Both the position numbers and the translations under genes were made by a program. Under the pieces are notes generated by a model. That model had not been told where the DNA came from and searched no databases. It was given only the letters and a program-made list of their open reading frames with translations. A DNA stretch of 63,883 nucleotides, counting the filler, from Chiloscyllium plagiosum (Eukaryota), in assembly GCF_004010195.1 (NCBI RefSeq). It is 4 parts of one record of this genome, joined end to end, with 100 filler letters (N's around TTAATTAATTAA, not from the genome) between each part and the next. Parts side by side here need not be neighbours in the genome. Positions count along the whole stretch, not along the records: positions 1 to 21,393 come from NC_057715.1; positions 21,494 to 31,878 come from NC_057715.1; 2 more parts are not named here. The stretch is one strand, 5' to 3'. Positions within the stretch are counted from its first letter, which is position 1, and the number at the start of each line of letters is the position of its first letter. Positions 12,116-24,545 of the stretch are shown piece after piece.

Positions 12116-12812
12116 CTTCAGCCTTTCAGGCAGATGGTGAAAAATTAAGAGCTATGGAAGAACAAATGAATTTGGTGTTTACATGCACACTTCTTGAGAG
12201 CTATTGTTAAATAAAAAAACATGATCAAAATTATTAGTAGAATTGCTCATTTCCTCTTGACCTGAAATGTTTAAATTTAAGTGATGCTACAGTCATAGAG
12301 CCTTGGTTTGAAGTAGTGTTTATTTTTGGTTGGTGTATATTGGATAGCATACATTAGTCTTAGAGGTTGTGTAGTGCAGATTTATCAACATATTGTAGCT
12401 TAGACAGTTAAATTATAACAAGTTGGTTTATATTCCACTGAACTCAAATCATAAAGACGTTGCCTTTTTTATTTTTGTGCTTTTTAAAACTGTGCACTGA
12501 AAGCAGAGAGAGCTGTTTTGTATCCAAAGATTTACAAGGATGGCTGCAAGTTTTGAAATTCAGGTTCACAAAAGGCATAAAATTCCTATGTACTGTGTAT
12601 TCAGAATTCTGAAGAAGAATTGCAGGACTTCAAATGTTAGCTATGCTTCTCTTTATGGATACTGCCAGATCTGCTGAGTTCCTCTAACAACTTATTTTTC
12701 TTTGTTTCAAATCTCCAGCACCTGCAGTTCTTTACTGTTGTTTTAAGGCTGTGATTTATATTCATCACGGGACTAAACGTGAGACAAATTTAATGATTAT
12801 TAGCTAATAATA

Positions 12813-15700
12813 ATTGAATTGAATTTATTGTCATGTGTACTGAGGCAAAGTCAAAAGCTTTGTCTTGCAAGCAGTACAGGCAGATCACATAATTAAGTAG
12901 CATAGATAATTAAATAATAGGTAAACAGTGGCAAAAACAAAAACACAGGTACAGGTGAATGTGAAAAGTTTGAGAGTCCATTCAGTATTCTAACAATAGG
13001 GTAGAAACTGTTACGAAACCAGCTGGTGCTTGTGTTCAGGCTTTTGTACCTTCTCCCCGATGATGGAGGTTGTAGGAAAACATTGCCAGGGTGGGATGGA
13101 TCTTTGAGAATGCTGGTGGCCTTTCCTTGACAGCAGGCCTGGTAGATGGATTTTGTAGATGGGAGGTTGGCTTTTGTGATTGCCCGGGTTAAGTTCACCA
13201 CTCTCTGTAACTGTCTCCGATCTTGAATGGTATAGTTGTCATACCAGGTAGTGATGGTGCACCTATAAAAGTTGTCAAGGATATTTGCCGTCATGCCAAA
13301 TTTCCTTAGCTGCCTGAGGAAGAAGAGACGTTGGGCCTTTGTAACCAGTGCATCCACATGAAGAGTCTAAGAAAGCTTGTTGTAGATGACCACTCCCAGG
13401 AGCTTGACACACTCCACTCATTCCACCTCTGTACTGTTAACGTGTAGGGGAGGAGGGGGGCATGATTAACATCCTGCCGAAAGTCAACGGTGAGTTCCTT
13501 GGTTTTGCCGGCATTGAGAGCTAAGTGGTTGTCTGTGCACCATTTTTCCAGGACCTCCCCCTCCCGTCTGTAGTCTGTTTCATCGCCATCTGAGATTCGA
13601 CCGACTATGGTGGTGTCATCAGCGAACTTGTAAATGGCATGAGTCTACTATTCATGACACATTGGGTATACAGTGAGTACAGTAGGGGGCAGAGTATGCG
13701 TCCCTGGGGGGGCTCCAGTGTTGAGTGTTAGTGAGGATGAAATATTGTCCCTGATCTTCACTGATTGTGGCTCCAGCACCACTGATCCAGAATCTGGTTT
13801 CCAGCATCTGCAGTCATTGTTTTACCAGGAAACTAAGGATCCAGTTGCAGAGAGTGGGGCTTAGTCCGAGATCATTAAGTTTAGTAATCAGTCTCGAGGG
13901 GCTAATAGTGTTGAAGGCTGAATTGTAGTCAATGAGTAGGATTCTTATGTAGCTGTTCTTGGTCTCAAGATATTCTAGGGAGGAGTGAAGGGCAAGTGGA
14001 ATGGCATCCTACATGGATCTATTGGTCCAACAGGCAAATTGGAGTGGGTCAAGAGTAGTGGGGAAGCTGGAGTTGATTAATGCCATGACCAGCCTTTCAA
14101 AGCACTTCATGATCACCGAAATTAGGGCCACTGGGCAGTAGTCTTTGAGACATGCTGCATGAGCCGCCTTAGGCACAGGGATGATGCTGGCCCTCTTGAA
14201 ACAGGCAGGGACAGTGGCCTGCTGCAGGGAGAGGTTGAAGATGTCCGAGAACACATCTGCCAGTTGATTTACGCATGCTCTGAATGCATGGCCTGGTACT
14301 CTGTCTGGTCCCATTGCTTTCCTTGGATTCACACGAAAGAAAACTGTTCTGGCCTCTGATGTCGTGACTGTTGGGATAGGTTCATAAGGACTTGTCGGAA
14401 TAGGTGTTACCTGTCCACTGAAGTTCTGCTCAAAGCGAGCATAGAAGGCGTTGAGACAATCTGGGAGGGGATATAACATTGTCTGCTATCTTGCACTGTT
14501 TATTTTTAGAACCTGTGATGTTATTCAGTCCTTGCCATAGTCGCCAGGTGTCTGTCTGGGTCTCGAGTTGGACTAGTATTGGTCCTTGACTGTCTTAATG
14601 GCTCGGCAAAGGTCATACTTGGATTCCTTATATTTGAGTGGGTCTCCTGATCTGAAGGCCTCGCGCCTGGTTTTTAGCAGGTTCAAGTGTCCTGATTCAT
14701 CTAGGGCTTCTTGTTGGGGAACACCCGGGTTGACTTCCTCGGTATGCAGTGCTCTACACACTTGCTGATAAAGTCTGTGACCGTGGTGGCAGATACCTCG
14801 AAGGTACCTATAGACTGTTTGAACGTGGCCCGATCATCCAATTCCAGATAGTACCGGAGTCGGTCCTCTGCCGCCTCTGACCAGCACTGGACCTGTATCC
14901 ACGAGAGGGTCTCCTGCTTGAGCTTTTGCCTGTAAGCCAGGAGAAGAAACATGGCATTGTGGTTGGAGTTCCCGAAATGAGGGCGGGGGATGGAGCGGTA
15001 GGCATCCTTCACAGTGGTGTACCAGTGGTCTAAAATGTTCGGGCCCCTGGTGGGGCTGGTAGTGTTCTAGTGGTACTTCGGCAGCGCCTTCCTTAGATTA
15101 GCTTGATTGAAGTCACCAGTTATGATAAACAGGGTCTCAGGGTGTTCCATCTCCAGGGTGTTAGTGATGGAGTACAGCACATCCAGAGCTTCCTCAACCT
15201 TTGCTTTTGGTGGTTAGTGAACAGCAGTTAGTATAGCAGCGGTAAACTCCTGTGGTAGATAGAAGTGGTGGCATTTGATGGTGAGGAATTCTAGGTTTGG
15301 GGAGCAGTGGCTGCCCAGGGTTGCAATGTCTGTGCATCACAAGTTGTCGATTTAAAAAGCAAGCCCCTCCACCCTTTGTCTTACCCAAGGATGCTGTATG
15401 GTCCATACGATGGATGGACAAACCATCAGCCCAAAGCGCGCAGCCGGGAATGGATGGGTTGAGCCAGGTTCCTGTGAAGCAGAGCGCGCAGTGGTCCCAC
15501 AGTTCACACTGGAAGCTGAGCCGTGATCTGAGTTCATCCATCTTGTTCTCCAGAAATTGTACATTTGTTACGAGTAAGCTGGGAAGGGTGGTCTTGAAAC
15601 CTCAGTCTTACTAGCAGGTTGGCATGCTTACCCTGTTTCCTCGCAGGTTTCTTACATTTGAGTGGTCCAGTGGTCTGGTGGAGTGGATTGTGACTGCCTC
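12813..15700 (-). mobile_element. Rex1/Babar LINE, near full length, disrupted
   Basis: APE motifs (LCFTGTWL, KGGGACF, RPHFGNSNH) and RT motifs (KAMGPDRVPG, DPLQFA, KFADDTT at ~13610-13630, KAQRLFFLRQLRKFGM), with (TTCAA)n-like tail. Multiple stops and frameshifts; small PLE-like insert at ~13770-13825. Confidence 0.9.
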
Positions 15701-18094
15701 CAGTTAAGTGATCCTTCCTAAAAACTGTCTCAAAATTTTGATATGTATATATTGTAAATTGTGCTGAGGCAACAGTAAATGATTTTTTGCACCATAAGCG
15801 ATGTAACTGCTACTCAAAACATTGAAGCAATTGTTTCAGCCTTTGGTGTTATGGTGGTGACTATATATATTTTAAGTAGGTTAGATTTGTAGTTCATGAA
15901 TAGCTATGTGGATACCAAGCAGCATTTGGTATTGGTTGTGTGATTGTCTGTGTCAGGTGGGCGAAGAGAAAACAGCTGTTGGATTGTGACTGTTCAATCT
16001 CTTCTGCTGTGTGAAAATGTGTAACGTACGTAGTTTTGGAAGAAAAAAATCAGCTTATTAGCTTCACGTTAAAACAAATGTTGCATTTGTTTAATAACAC
16101 ATGCATTTTATTTTCAAACCTGTTTAATTGTTTGTAAAATTATCTTGAGACTTTTCTAATTCAGTTCTAATCATTCTCGAATAATAATTGTATTTAAATG
16201 TTTAATGAGTCATCTTCTGAAAATATACACTTAGGACAGGTGAAAAACAGTTTGCTTTATAGGCTGCCAGCTAATTTTTCAGAAGGACAATTGCAGAGAC
16301 ATTGCCACTCCACTTTCTGATGCTAGAATTAACAAACAGAAAAAAAAATTCATGAGTGTTAAGTCTGGCAAAGGATTGGAAGGAACTAGTTCTGGAGTCC
16401 AAAGCCCAAAGTGAAGACACCTGGGAGGGTGCTTTGAGATGTACATCATTGCATCTAGAAGGGTGCAATACTGTGGCACCCTGATTTAGCGAAAGGCTCA
16501 GATTGGTTTCAGAGTCTTATTTGGTTTTTGTATGACTGAATGTCTTTAAACAGCTGCTTCATCAAGGCTTCAGAAAACTGTCTCTTGCCAGCAAGTTCCT
16601 GAAGGCAGCTGCTGTATTGAGTGTTGGAATCAAGTTTGATCACTGCTGATGAAAATGCTTTAAGAAATTTCTCCTGACAACTCTAGTTAATTATTTGCTG
16701 AAGCTGTCAGAATATCACTTGGCAATCTAGGAGGTTTTATGTTTTCTATTTATTTCACAAAAATCAGTTGCAATGTATTAGAAATTGCACTGTGGTTTAA
16801 ATTTACTCCCGCACAATTTTAACATAGTGAAAGGCCTGAAAGTGAAGATGACTTATTCTTTCAAACTTTGCAAACAAACAAGATTTTGTTTCCTTCAATT
16901 TTTAATCATTTGGTGCAAAAACAATTTTTTGGGGAAAAAAGGGAGTTGTTTTATTCACATAAAAAAATCACCCAATGTGATCATAACTAACTTGTACAGT
17001 ATTGTAATAATAATGAACTTATAACTTTGGAGCTATATGGTTGTCATGACTCATCTGTGTATCAGACCACAGATTTTAATCTTTTTAAATGTAGCAACTT
17101 GAGAATCATTTTAGAATTAGAAAGCAGCTGTCAGTGGGAGTGTTTCTTCTTTGTCGGCTGAAGGCTACCCATTCTAAAATTTTTTGATCGGCCTCCAGAA
17201 TTATTCTTGTCAGTAGTGGCACTGAGAGCACTTTTAGTTTCTGAATTATGCCAACTCATAGTGTCAAGCTGTGTATAAATACAACAAATTAGTTTAGTTT
17301 TGTTTTTTGAAAGGAGTTTTTTCAATTGTAGTCTCTTTGATTTACTTCGTTTTACTACACCCATGACTTCTATGGAGACAAAGGAAATTTTGATTCATTG
17401 TAAGTTACATAATTTTCCTTTCAGCCATTATTTTTAGCAGTTAGTTTAATTTATTTGATCTCTTCAGTAAATAGCAGAATATATGTAATAGTTGAATCAG
17501 GATATCGATAATTTCAAGAAGAATGTGAAATAGCTTGAGTTTACTGGTATCAAATTCATTTCCTCCATTAAATCTAAAATGTATATACTAAATATTCACT
17601 AACTATACACTCATTTGTGTAATAGGTCACCTGTTTTTAATGAGTGTAATGGCTTCAAGCTATGTACAAACACAACAAACTGGTTGAGTTTGTATTGTAA
17701 TAGGAGCTAACATTTTCTGTTTTAACTTCAGTCCAGTTCCTGGTGGATATGTTGTTAGGATATTTTGTGAACAAACTGCATTTTTAAATGTTTATTGTTG
17801 GCTAATATGTCAGTTTTAAACAAAGTTGAAGCTTTCTGTTTAACTCCTGTGTCTGTCTAGCATATCCCATATCTTTCAAAAATGCCTATCATGGAATCAC
17901 ATGCTAAGGTTAGTGATTAGTTGTGAAATCATGTCTCATCTTTTTTACAAAATCAAAAATTGACTGAGCATAAAGAAATGAAGCCAGTTTTAAATTCTGT
18001 TATCCGTTTACAGTGAGGAATGGCTAACAGAGCTAACCAGTCGAATTATTGAATTTTTCTCTCAGTTATCCATCTCCTCTGACAACAGAAAGCA

Positions 18095-18924
18095 ATCAAT
18101 TTGATTTGATTTATTGTTGTGTACCTAGGTACCGTGAAAAGTTTTGATTTGCGAGCAGTGCGAAGTGTGAAGAATGTATGTTATGACTGTAGTGAGTGCA
18201 TAGAGAGAGATCAACATTAAATTTAAAATTGAGAGGTTCATTCAGAAGTCTGATAGCAGCAGGAAGAAGCTGTTCTTAAATCTATTCATGTGTGTATAAA
18301 ACTTTTATATCTTTACCCAATGGAAGAGAGTGAACCCAGGGTGGGAGGGGTTATGAACCCTGAGGGAGCGGCAAGTATAGATGGAGTCAGTGAATGAAAA
18401 GCTGTTTTTTGTGATGGCCTGGGCGGTGTTCACGATTCTGTAATTTCTTGCAGTCTTGGGAGGAGTTGGTAAGAGTCCTTGTGGACAGGCTGAATTTCCT
18501 TAGCCTCCTGAGGAACTAGAGATGTTGTGCTTTCTTGACCATCATGTCAACATGCGCGGATGAGTACAGATTGTTGGTGATCATCACTCCCTAGACCTTG
18601 AAGCTCCCAACCATCTCCACCTCAGCACCACTGATGCAAACCGGGGCATGCTCTCACTCTGCTTCCCGAAATAAATGACCAACTCCTTTGTTTTGTTGAT
18701 GTTGATGGAGAGATTGTCTTTACGCCGTGCCGCTAAGCACTCTATCTTTTTCCTGTATTCTGTCTCATCCACCTACTACGATGGTGTCATTAGCAAACTT
18801 GTAAATGGAGCTGGGGCAGACTTTGACCACATGGTTGAGAGTATGTAAGGAGTTGTAGAAGGCTGGGTACACAGCCTTGCGGGGCATTGGTGTTGAGGGT
18901 TATGATGGGGGTGTTGTCACCTGT
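18095..18924 (-). mobile_element. Rex1/Babar RT 3' fragment (continues at 20427-20685)
   Basis: EYRKKIECL...NLSININKTKELVIYF; colinear with the 12813-15700 copy and split by an LTR-element remnant. Confidence 0.8.
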
Positions 18925-20426
18925 TGTAGGGAGAAATATTAAAGAGGAGTCTTAAGTCCTGTGCTCCTTTCCACAAGTGATGTTTATTCAAAGCTCTATT
19001 ACCTAATATAAAGAAGAGGCCAGAGACTTCTCCGAATCTGGCTTTCATGTGGGGACTAGTTGCGGCCTTAATCAGAGCTCAGATCAGAGGTTAGTGATGC
19101 TCAGTTCTCCAGTGAAATACATTATTTTATACCTTTTGCGTTACAATAATTACATGTAACATTGATATCATTGTTAGCCATATCCCCGGAATCTACACAT
19201 CCAATCCAGTAAACACACAATCAATGAGGGACAACTCTATGTACAGCTCTCGGTCCTCATATTATTTCATGGTGACTACCAGATATCTTCTTTATCTGCC
19301 TTTGGGATCTTAGAATGCTTCTGACAGTTTTATTCCTTCCCAGACATTTGCCAGTTGCACCACATTATTTACCAATAACTTGAATAGTTGGTTTTCACTA
19401 AGAACTCCTTCAAATTCTGTACTTCAGTATGACAGATTAGAAAGGATATTAATTTCTACCATTTGTTATAAGGTTTTCAAAATCAACTCTAATATAAAGT
19501 TACCGTGATACAGCTGACAAATGGATAACAACCCATCTCTCACTTCAAACAACAGTTCTTTTGACTTGCAACTGTAGTTTATGATCCCTGCTATAAGTGG
19601 ATTTTAACTTTCATTTTTAAATCTTTATTGTTTCTACTCTAAACACTTTGCATTGTTAATTATCTTTTAAGAAAAGCATCTATTTGAATTCCACTGAGGG
19701 TGAATTTCAGTCACTTTACACTTTTACCAAGCTGTTCTATAAAACTTGTTTAGATTCAACAAGCAAGTAGGGAACATAACCATATCTTCATTCTGTATTT
19801 TGTAATCTGTCTTGTAACCCTTCCCTTGATCTTTGGATGTAAGAATTTGTTTAAATTATTTATGCCTGCACTTAAGTTTCAATTGTTTATCTTTCCACAG
19901 TCATGAACTCTCACAACCTTTCTCTGCCCTCTTCCAGTGTGATTGGATTTTTTTGGAGTTCATGTTTACATGATTTAATGCTTCATCTTCCTTAATAATG
20001 CGTAGGGCCTCTTTATTGCCTATAAACATTTTGCTCAAGGAATGCAGCTAACCTTTTCACACTAATTTGTTGTTTGCCATTCTAATTCGACAATTTTACC
20101 TGAACAGTTCAGAATACTGTAGGATCAGAGTTTTCCTTCTGCTTTTTACTAAATAACAGACTTGAGACTGTGGCCAAACTAGGCCTTACAAAAGTGCCCC
20201 TTACTAAAATGCGTACATTCTTAAAATTACCTGTTTACAGAAACCTCATTAACTTCCCTAATACTACTTCAGATGGAGAATCTCCTCTTATCCAGTGTAT
20301 CTATATGGAGATTACAAGTCATGCTGTGATCACTTGTTGTAAGCAACTTTCAGATCTTTTTGGCCATGTTTTGTTAGTTAAAAAAGAGCTCCAAGTGGTC
20401 AGTTTTAGTCATGGGCCACTGCAACA
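18925..20426 (-). mobile_element. Truncated LTR retroelement (3' LTR plus decayed internal sequence) inserted in Rex1
   Basis: Putative LTR 18925-19245 with TGTA...TACA termini, minus-strand TATAAAA ~19125-19131 and AATAAA 18983-18988, and purine-rich GAGGACCGAGAGC just upstream (PPT-like). No TSD seen. Confidence 0.5.
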
Positions 20427-20685
20427 TTGATCCATTGATTGCAATCCAGAAGAAGACTACACAAATTCGAGGATCTCGTTGCAGAGATGGGAGCAGTGAT
20501 CTCAGTCTTGGAGTTTAGAGATGAATTTGTTTGGAATTATGGTATTGAAGGCTGAGCTGTAGTCAATAAGCAGAAGTGTGATGTAAGTATCCTTGTTAAA
20601 AAGATGTTCCAGGGATGAGTGTAGGGTCAGGGTGATGATGTCTGCTGTGGACTTGTTGCACAGGTAGGTGAATTGCAAAGGGTCA
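20427..20685 (-). mobile_element. Rex1/Babar RT fragment
   Basis: Minus strand [13 protein letters not shown] (RT domain motif). Confidence 0.75.
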
Positions 20686-20816
20686 ACTCTGTTTTATTTA
20701 AACAGAAACAAATTTTATGTGCTCCAGTCAGGTGTGTGTATTTGTTTTTGTATGGGGGGCAGGGCGGAAATGGGAGAAATGAGATTACTCATAAAATAGG
20801 ATGGGTGCCAAGCCAA

Positions 20817-21146
20817 CTAGCTTCCTATGTAACCAGAGCTACAGATCAGATGATGGAGTAGGTAGTGAACAGCCAGGTACAGCATGCGGAGAGTCTGTGA
20901 GGAGAGATACGTACCTGATAGGGTAAAGGTGCAGTCAGTGTGATGGATTGAATTCGGAGATGCCGGTGTTGGACTGGGGTGCTAGCTTCCTATGCAACCA
21001 GAGCTACAGATCAGATGATGGAGTAGGTAGTGAACAGCCAGGTACAGCATGCGGAGAGTCTGTGAGGAGAGATACGTACCTGATAGGGTAAAGGTGCAGT
21101 CAGTGTGATGGATTGAATTCGGAGATGCCGGTGTTGGACTGGGGTG
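20817..21146. repeat. 165-bp tandem duplication
   Basis: CTAGCTTCCTATG at 20817 and 20982; the two copies are near identical. Confidence 0.9.
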
Positions 21147-21393
21147 TACAAAGTTAAAAATCACACAACCCCAGGTTATAGTCCAACAGGTTTAATTGGA
21201 AGCACACTAGCTTTCGGAGCGACGCTCCTTCATCAGGTGATTGTGGAGGGCTCGATCGTAACACAGAATTTATAGCAAAAATTTACAGTGTGATGTAACT
21301 GAAATTATACATTGAAGAATTGATTGTCTGTTAAGGCTTTCATCTGTTAGAATACAGTGATAGTTTCACTTCTTTCATGTGTAAATCACAAAA
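21115..21393 (-). mobile_element. Penelope-like pseudo-LTR (family C), cut by gap
   Basis: Same sequence as 47897-48090 and the reverse of 49340-49510; carries a hammerhead motif. Confidence 0.85.
21205..21239 (-). ncRNA. Minimal type I hammerhead ribozyme motif (PLE family C)
   Basis: CAC-CUGAUGA-A-GGAGC(GUC)GCUCC-GAAAGCUA-GUG: conserved core, perfect helix II, palindromic AGCU in helix III. Confidence 0.7.
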
Positions 21394-21493
21394 NNNNNNN
21401 NNNNNNNNNNNNNNNNNNNNNNNNNNNNNNNNNNNNNTTAATTAATTAANNNNNNNNNNNNNNNNNNNNNNNNNNNNNNNNNNNNNNNNNNNN
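21394..21493. other. Assembly gap with artificial TTAATTAATTAA linker
   Basis: 44 N + TTAATTAATTAA (21438-21449) + 44 N. Confidence 0.97.
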
Positions 21494-21716
21494 GGACTGA
21501 AGTTAGGGGTAGGTTCTTCACTCAGCGAGTCGTAAGTTCATGGAATGCCCTGCCAGTAGCAGTGGTGGACTCTCCCTCTTTATGGGCATTTAAGCGGGCA
21601 TTGGATAGGTATATGGAGGATAGTGGGTTAGTATAGGTTAGGTGGGCTTGGATCGGCGCAACATCGAGGGCCAAAGGGCCTGTACTGCGCTGTATTCTTC
21701 TATGTTCTATGTTCTA
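21494..21716 (+). mobile_element. CR1 LINE 3' end
   Basis: FFTQRVVSSWNALP...FKRALDRYM and (TTCTATG)n tail. Confidence 0.9.
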
Positions 21717-22020
21717 AGGGTCTAATGCACCCCTGCTTAATAGCAAGCCACTCCTATGGATTACGTATATTAAACTGCAAACACATTTTGTGTTTTCCCT
21801 TTTGAAGTATACACAAGAACAAGATTAAAAAAAGCTAGTTTCAATTCTACTGGTGTGTGTTAGTGGAACTGAATATTCACATATGTATCAGCCTCCATTT
21901 GAGCCTAACTGGCCACAAAACCCTCTTATTAATTGTCACTACTTTCTAATCACTCCTTTTTAATGGCTTAAGAAATCTTATTAATTTGCTAAATTCTTCT
22001 ACTTACCTTTGTTCCACCAC

Positions 22021-22410
22021 AGAGTCATAGTCACGGCTCATAGAGTCATACAGACCCTTCTGTCCAACCTGTCTGCGCTGACCAGACATTCCAATCTGAC
22101 TAGTTCAATTTTCCAGCATTTGGCCCATAACTCTCTAAACCCTTCCCATTCATATACCCATCCAGATGTCTTTTAAATGTTGTTATTGCACTTGCCTCCA
22201 TCACTTCATCTGACAGCTTGTTCCTTATGTACAACACCCTCAACATGAAGAAGTTAACCCTCAGGTGCATTTTAAATCTTTCCCCTCTCGCCTGAAACCT
22301 ATGTCTCGTGTATTGGACTCCTCCACCCTAGGAAAAAGACCTAAGCTATTCATCCTATCCATGCCCCTTATGATTTTATAATTGTCATTCCTTAGCCTTC
22401 CTTGCTCCAT
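22021..22410 (-). mobile_element. CR1 LINE 3' end
   Basis: YKIIRGMDRMNS.GLFPRVEES and (TATGACTC)n-type tail. Confidence 0.85.
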
Positions 22411-23338
22411 ACCACTTATCCTGGCTGTCCCTTTTTCGGACTTTCTTGTTTGGTGATCCTCATTCATTGTCTCCTGCTCTTGCTCCCTTTTGATTGCTGT
22501 ATCCTATCCCTACTGTCTCACTTTAAATAAGACAGATGGCAGGAAGCAATGTTGGCAGGGCTGGAGATCAGTGGAAGGGTCAGCAATCAGAAGAGGCAGG
22601 AGCAAGAGCGATGAAGGAAGTAGCAAACCAGAGTACATCAGTGAACGTTAGGATTAAGTGAGTAGGAAGATTGTATGTGAAAGATGTTCGAGGCAGGGAT
22701 AGAAGTAATGAGTGATAAGTAATGACTAGTACAATTGATGAATGGGTGATTTAGTGAGGAAAGTGATGAGTGAGAAGTGGAGTAGGATCAGTTTAGTGGG
22801 AAGGTCTAGGGAAGGAAGTGGTGAGCAGGAGAGATGTGACTAGTAGGAGGGGCAATGACCAGGAGAGCTGGGGAGAGAAGAGATGGTTTGCCTGCTAAAA
22901 TCAAAGTGTATTGTTACAACACACTTTAAATTGGGGGAGTACCTGTAATCGTATTTACAATATGAAATATATTCAGGTTGATATGAAACTAACAGTTTGA
23001 GAAAATAAATCTTAACTAATTGATGACTTCTAATGGCCTTCAGTTCCATCATGCAGCCAATGAAATAAATTGAATTTTATTGAACAACGATGAATTTGAT
23101 AGGGTTTAAAATAAAATAAGGAAGTACTGGAAATAATCAGTAGTTCAGGAAGTATGTATGGAGAAAGAAAGCTTATGTTCCAGGAACTAAAACCATACAG
23201 AGACCATTGGCTGCATTGTTCCTGTGTGAGTTCTTTGGTAAAGTAGGAGAAAGTGAGGTCTGCAGATGCTGGAGATCAAAGTTGAAACTTTATTGCTGGA
23301 ACAGCACAGCAGGTCAGGCAGCATCCAGGGAACAGGAG

Positions 23339-23374
23339 ATTCGACGTTTCGGGCACAGGCCCTTCTTCAGGAAT
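23339..23374 (-). ncRNA. Minimal type I hammerhead ribozyme motif
   Basis: AUUC-CUGAAGA-A-GGGC(CUGU)GCCC-GAAACGUC-GAAU. Confidence 0.8.
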
Positions 23375-23658
23375 GAGCAGAGAGTGTTCAGCAGGAGAAG
23401 ATAAAAGGTAGGGAGGAGGGGCGTTGGAGAGGGGAGTTGGCAGAGGAGATGACCTGGGGTGTGCAGTGAGAGAGGGACTCACTGAAATCTTTGTAGAGAG
23501 AGGCAGAGAGCTTCTTCAAGGAAGGCATCCTTGTAAGAGGATTCGCAGTAGGTTGAAATCTTCGAGGAGAAAGTGAGGTCTGCAGATGCTGGATATCAAA
23601 GTTGAAACTTTATTGCTGGAACAGCACAGCAGGTCAGGCAGCATCCAGGGAACAGGAG

Positions 23659-23694
23659 ATTCGACGTTTCGGGCACAGGCCCTTCTTCAGGAAT
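23659..23694 (-). ncRNA. Minimal type I hammerhead ribozyme motif
   Basis: Identical to 23339-23374. Confidence 0.8.
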
Positions 23695-23961
23695 GAGCAG
23701 AGAGTGTTCAGCAGGAGAAGATAAAAGGTAGGGAGGAGGGACTTGGAGGAGGGGAGTTGGAAGTGGAGGAGATGCGGTGGAGGGCACCGTCGACCACGTC
23801 GCCTTCCTGACCTGCAGTCTTCTTGTTGACCTCTCCGCCTCCATCCTACTCCGACCTATCACCCTCACCTTGACCTCTTTCCACCTATCACATTTCCAAC
23901 GCCCCTCCTCCAAGTCCCTCCTCCCTACCTTTTATCTTCTCCTGCTGAACACTCTCTGCTC

Positions 23962-23997
23962 ATTCCTGAAGAAGGGCCTGTGCCCGAAACGTCGAAT
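23962..23997 (+). ncRNA. Minimal type I hammerhead ribozyme motif
   Basis: ATTCCTGAAGAAGGGCCTGTGCCCGAAACGTCGAAT; predicted cleavage after GUC. Confidence 0.8.
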
Positions 23998-24109
23998 CTC
24001 CTGTTCCCTGGATGCTGCCTGACCTGCTGTGCTGTTCCAGCAATAAAGTTTCATCTTTGGTAAAGTAACCCATTTAGTTGCATATTACTTTTTTTTCCCC
24101 CATTGACTT

Positions 24110-24545
24110 GTGATTCTTCACATCTTAAGAATTTATCCAGTTCCCTTCTGAATGTGACCATTAATGCTCCTTCCACAAACTTTTCAGACAATGCATTTCT
24201 GATTGCACTAACTCACCACATTAGAAATGTTTCCTCATCATCTCTGATGATCTTACCAATCACCTTAAACCTGGGCCTTTTATTTTCCGACCCCTCTGCC
24301 TCTGGAAATATGGTATTATTTGCTGCATCAAAACTGCTCATGATCTTGACCTTAACCAATTCTTCCCTTAACTTTCTCTTCTTTAAGATGAATAATACTT
24401 GCTTCTCCAGGCTGTCCACAGAACTGAAGTCCTTTATCCCAGTTTTCCTTGGAATAAGTCTACCCACTAAGGCCTTGTCATGTTTGTAAAAAAAAGTGTT
24501 ATCCAAAATTGAGCATGATATTCCAATTCGTAATTCTCTGCATTA
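24110..24545 (-). mobile_element. Old CR1 3' fragment
   Basis: LFILKKRKLREELVKVKIM is a decayed LFSLE.RRLRGDLI.V.KIM motif. Confidence 0.6.

Larger units (their letters stand above)
23246..24053. mobile_element. Non-autonomous Penelope-like insertion (family B): two tandem minus-strand pseudo-LTRs plus one inverted copy
   Basis: Repeats start at 23246 and 23566 (period 320); the inverted copy ends at 24053. 14-bp TSD TCTTTGGTAAAGTA at 23232-23245 and 24054-24067. Confidence 0.9.

Noticed and set aside
21438..21449. TTAATTAATTAA palindrome centred in N runs (also 31923-31934 and 60034-60045)
   Set aside because: The identical 44N+12+44N layout marks an artificial six-frame-stop scaffold linker, not biology. 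Adjacency across these gaps is unverified.
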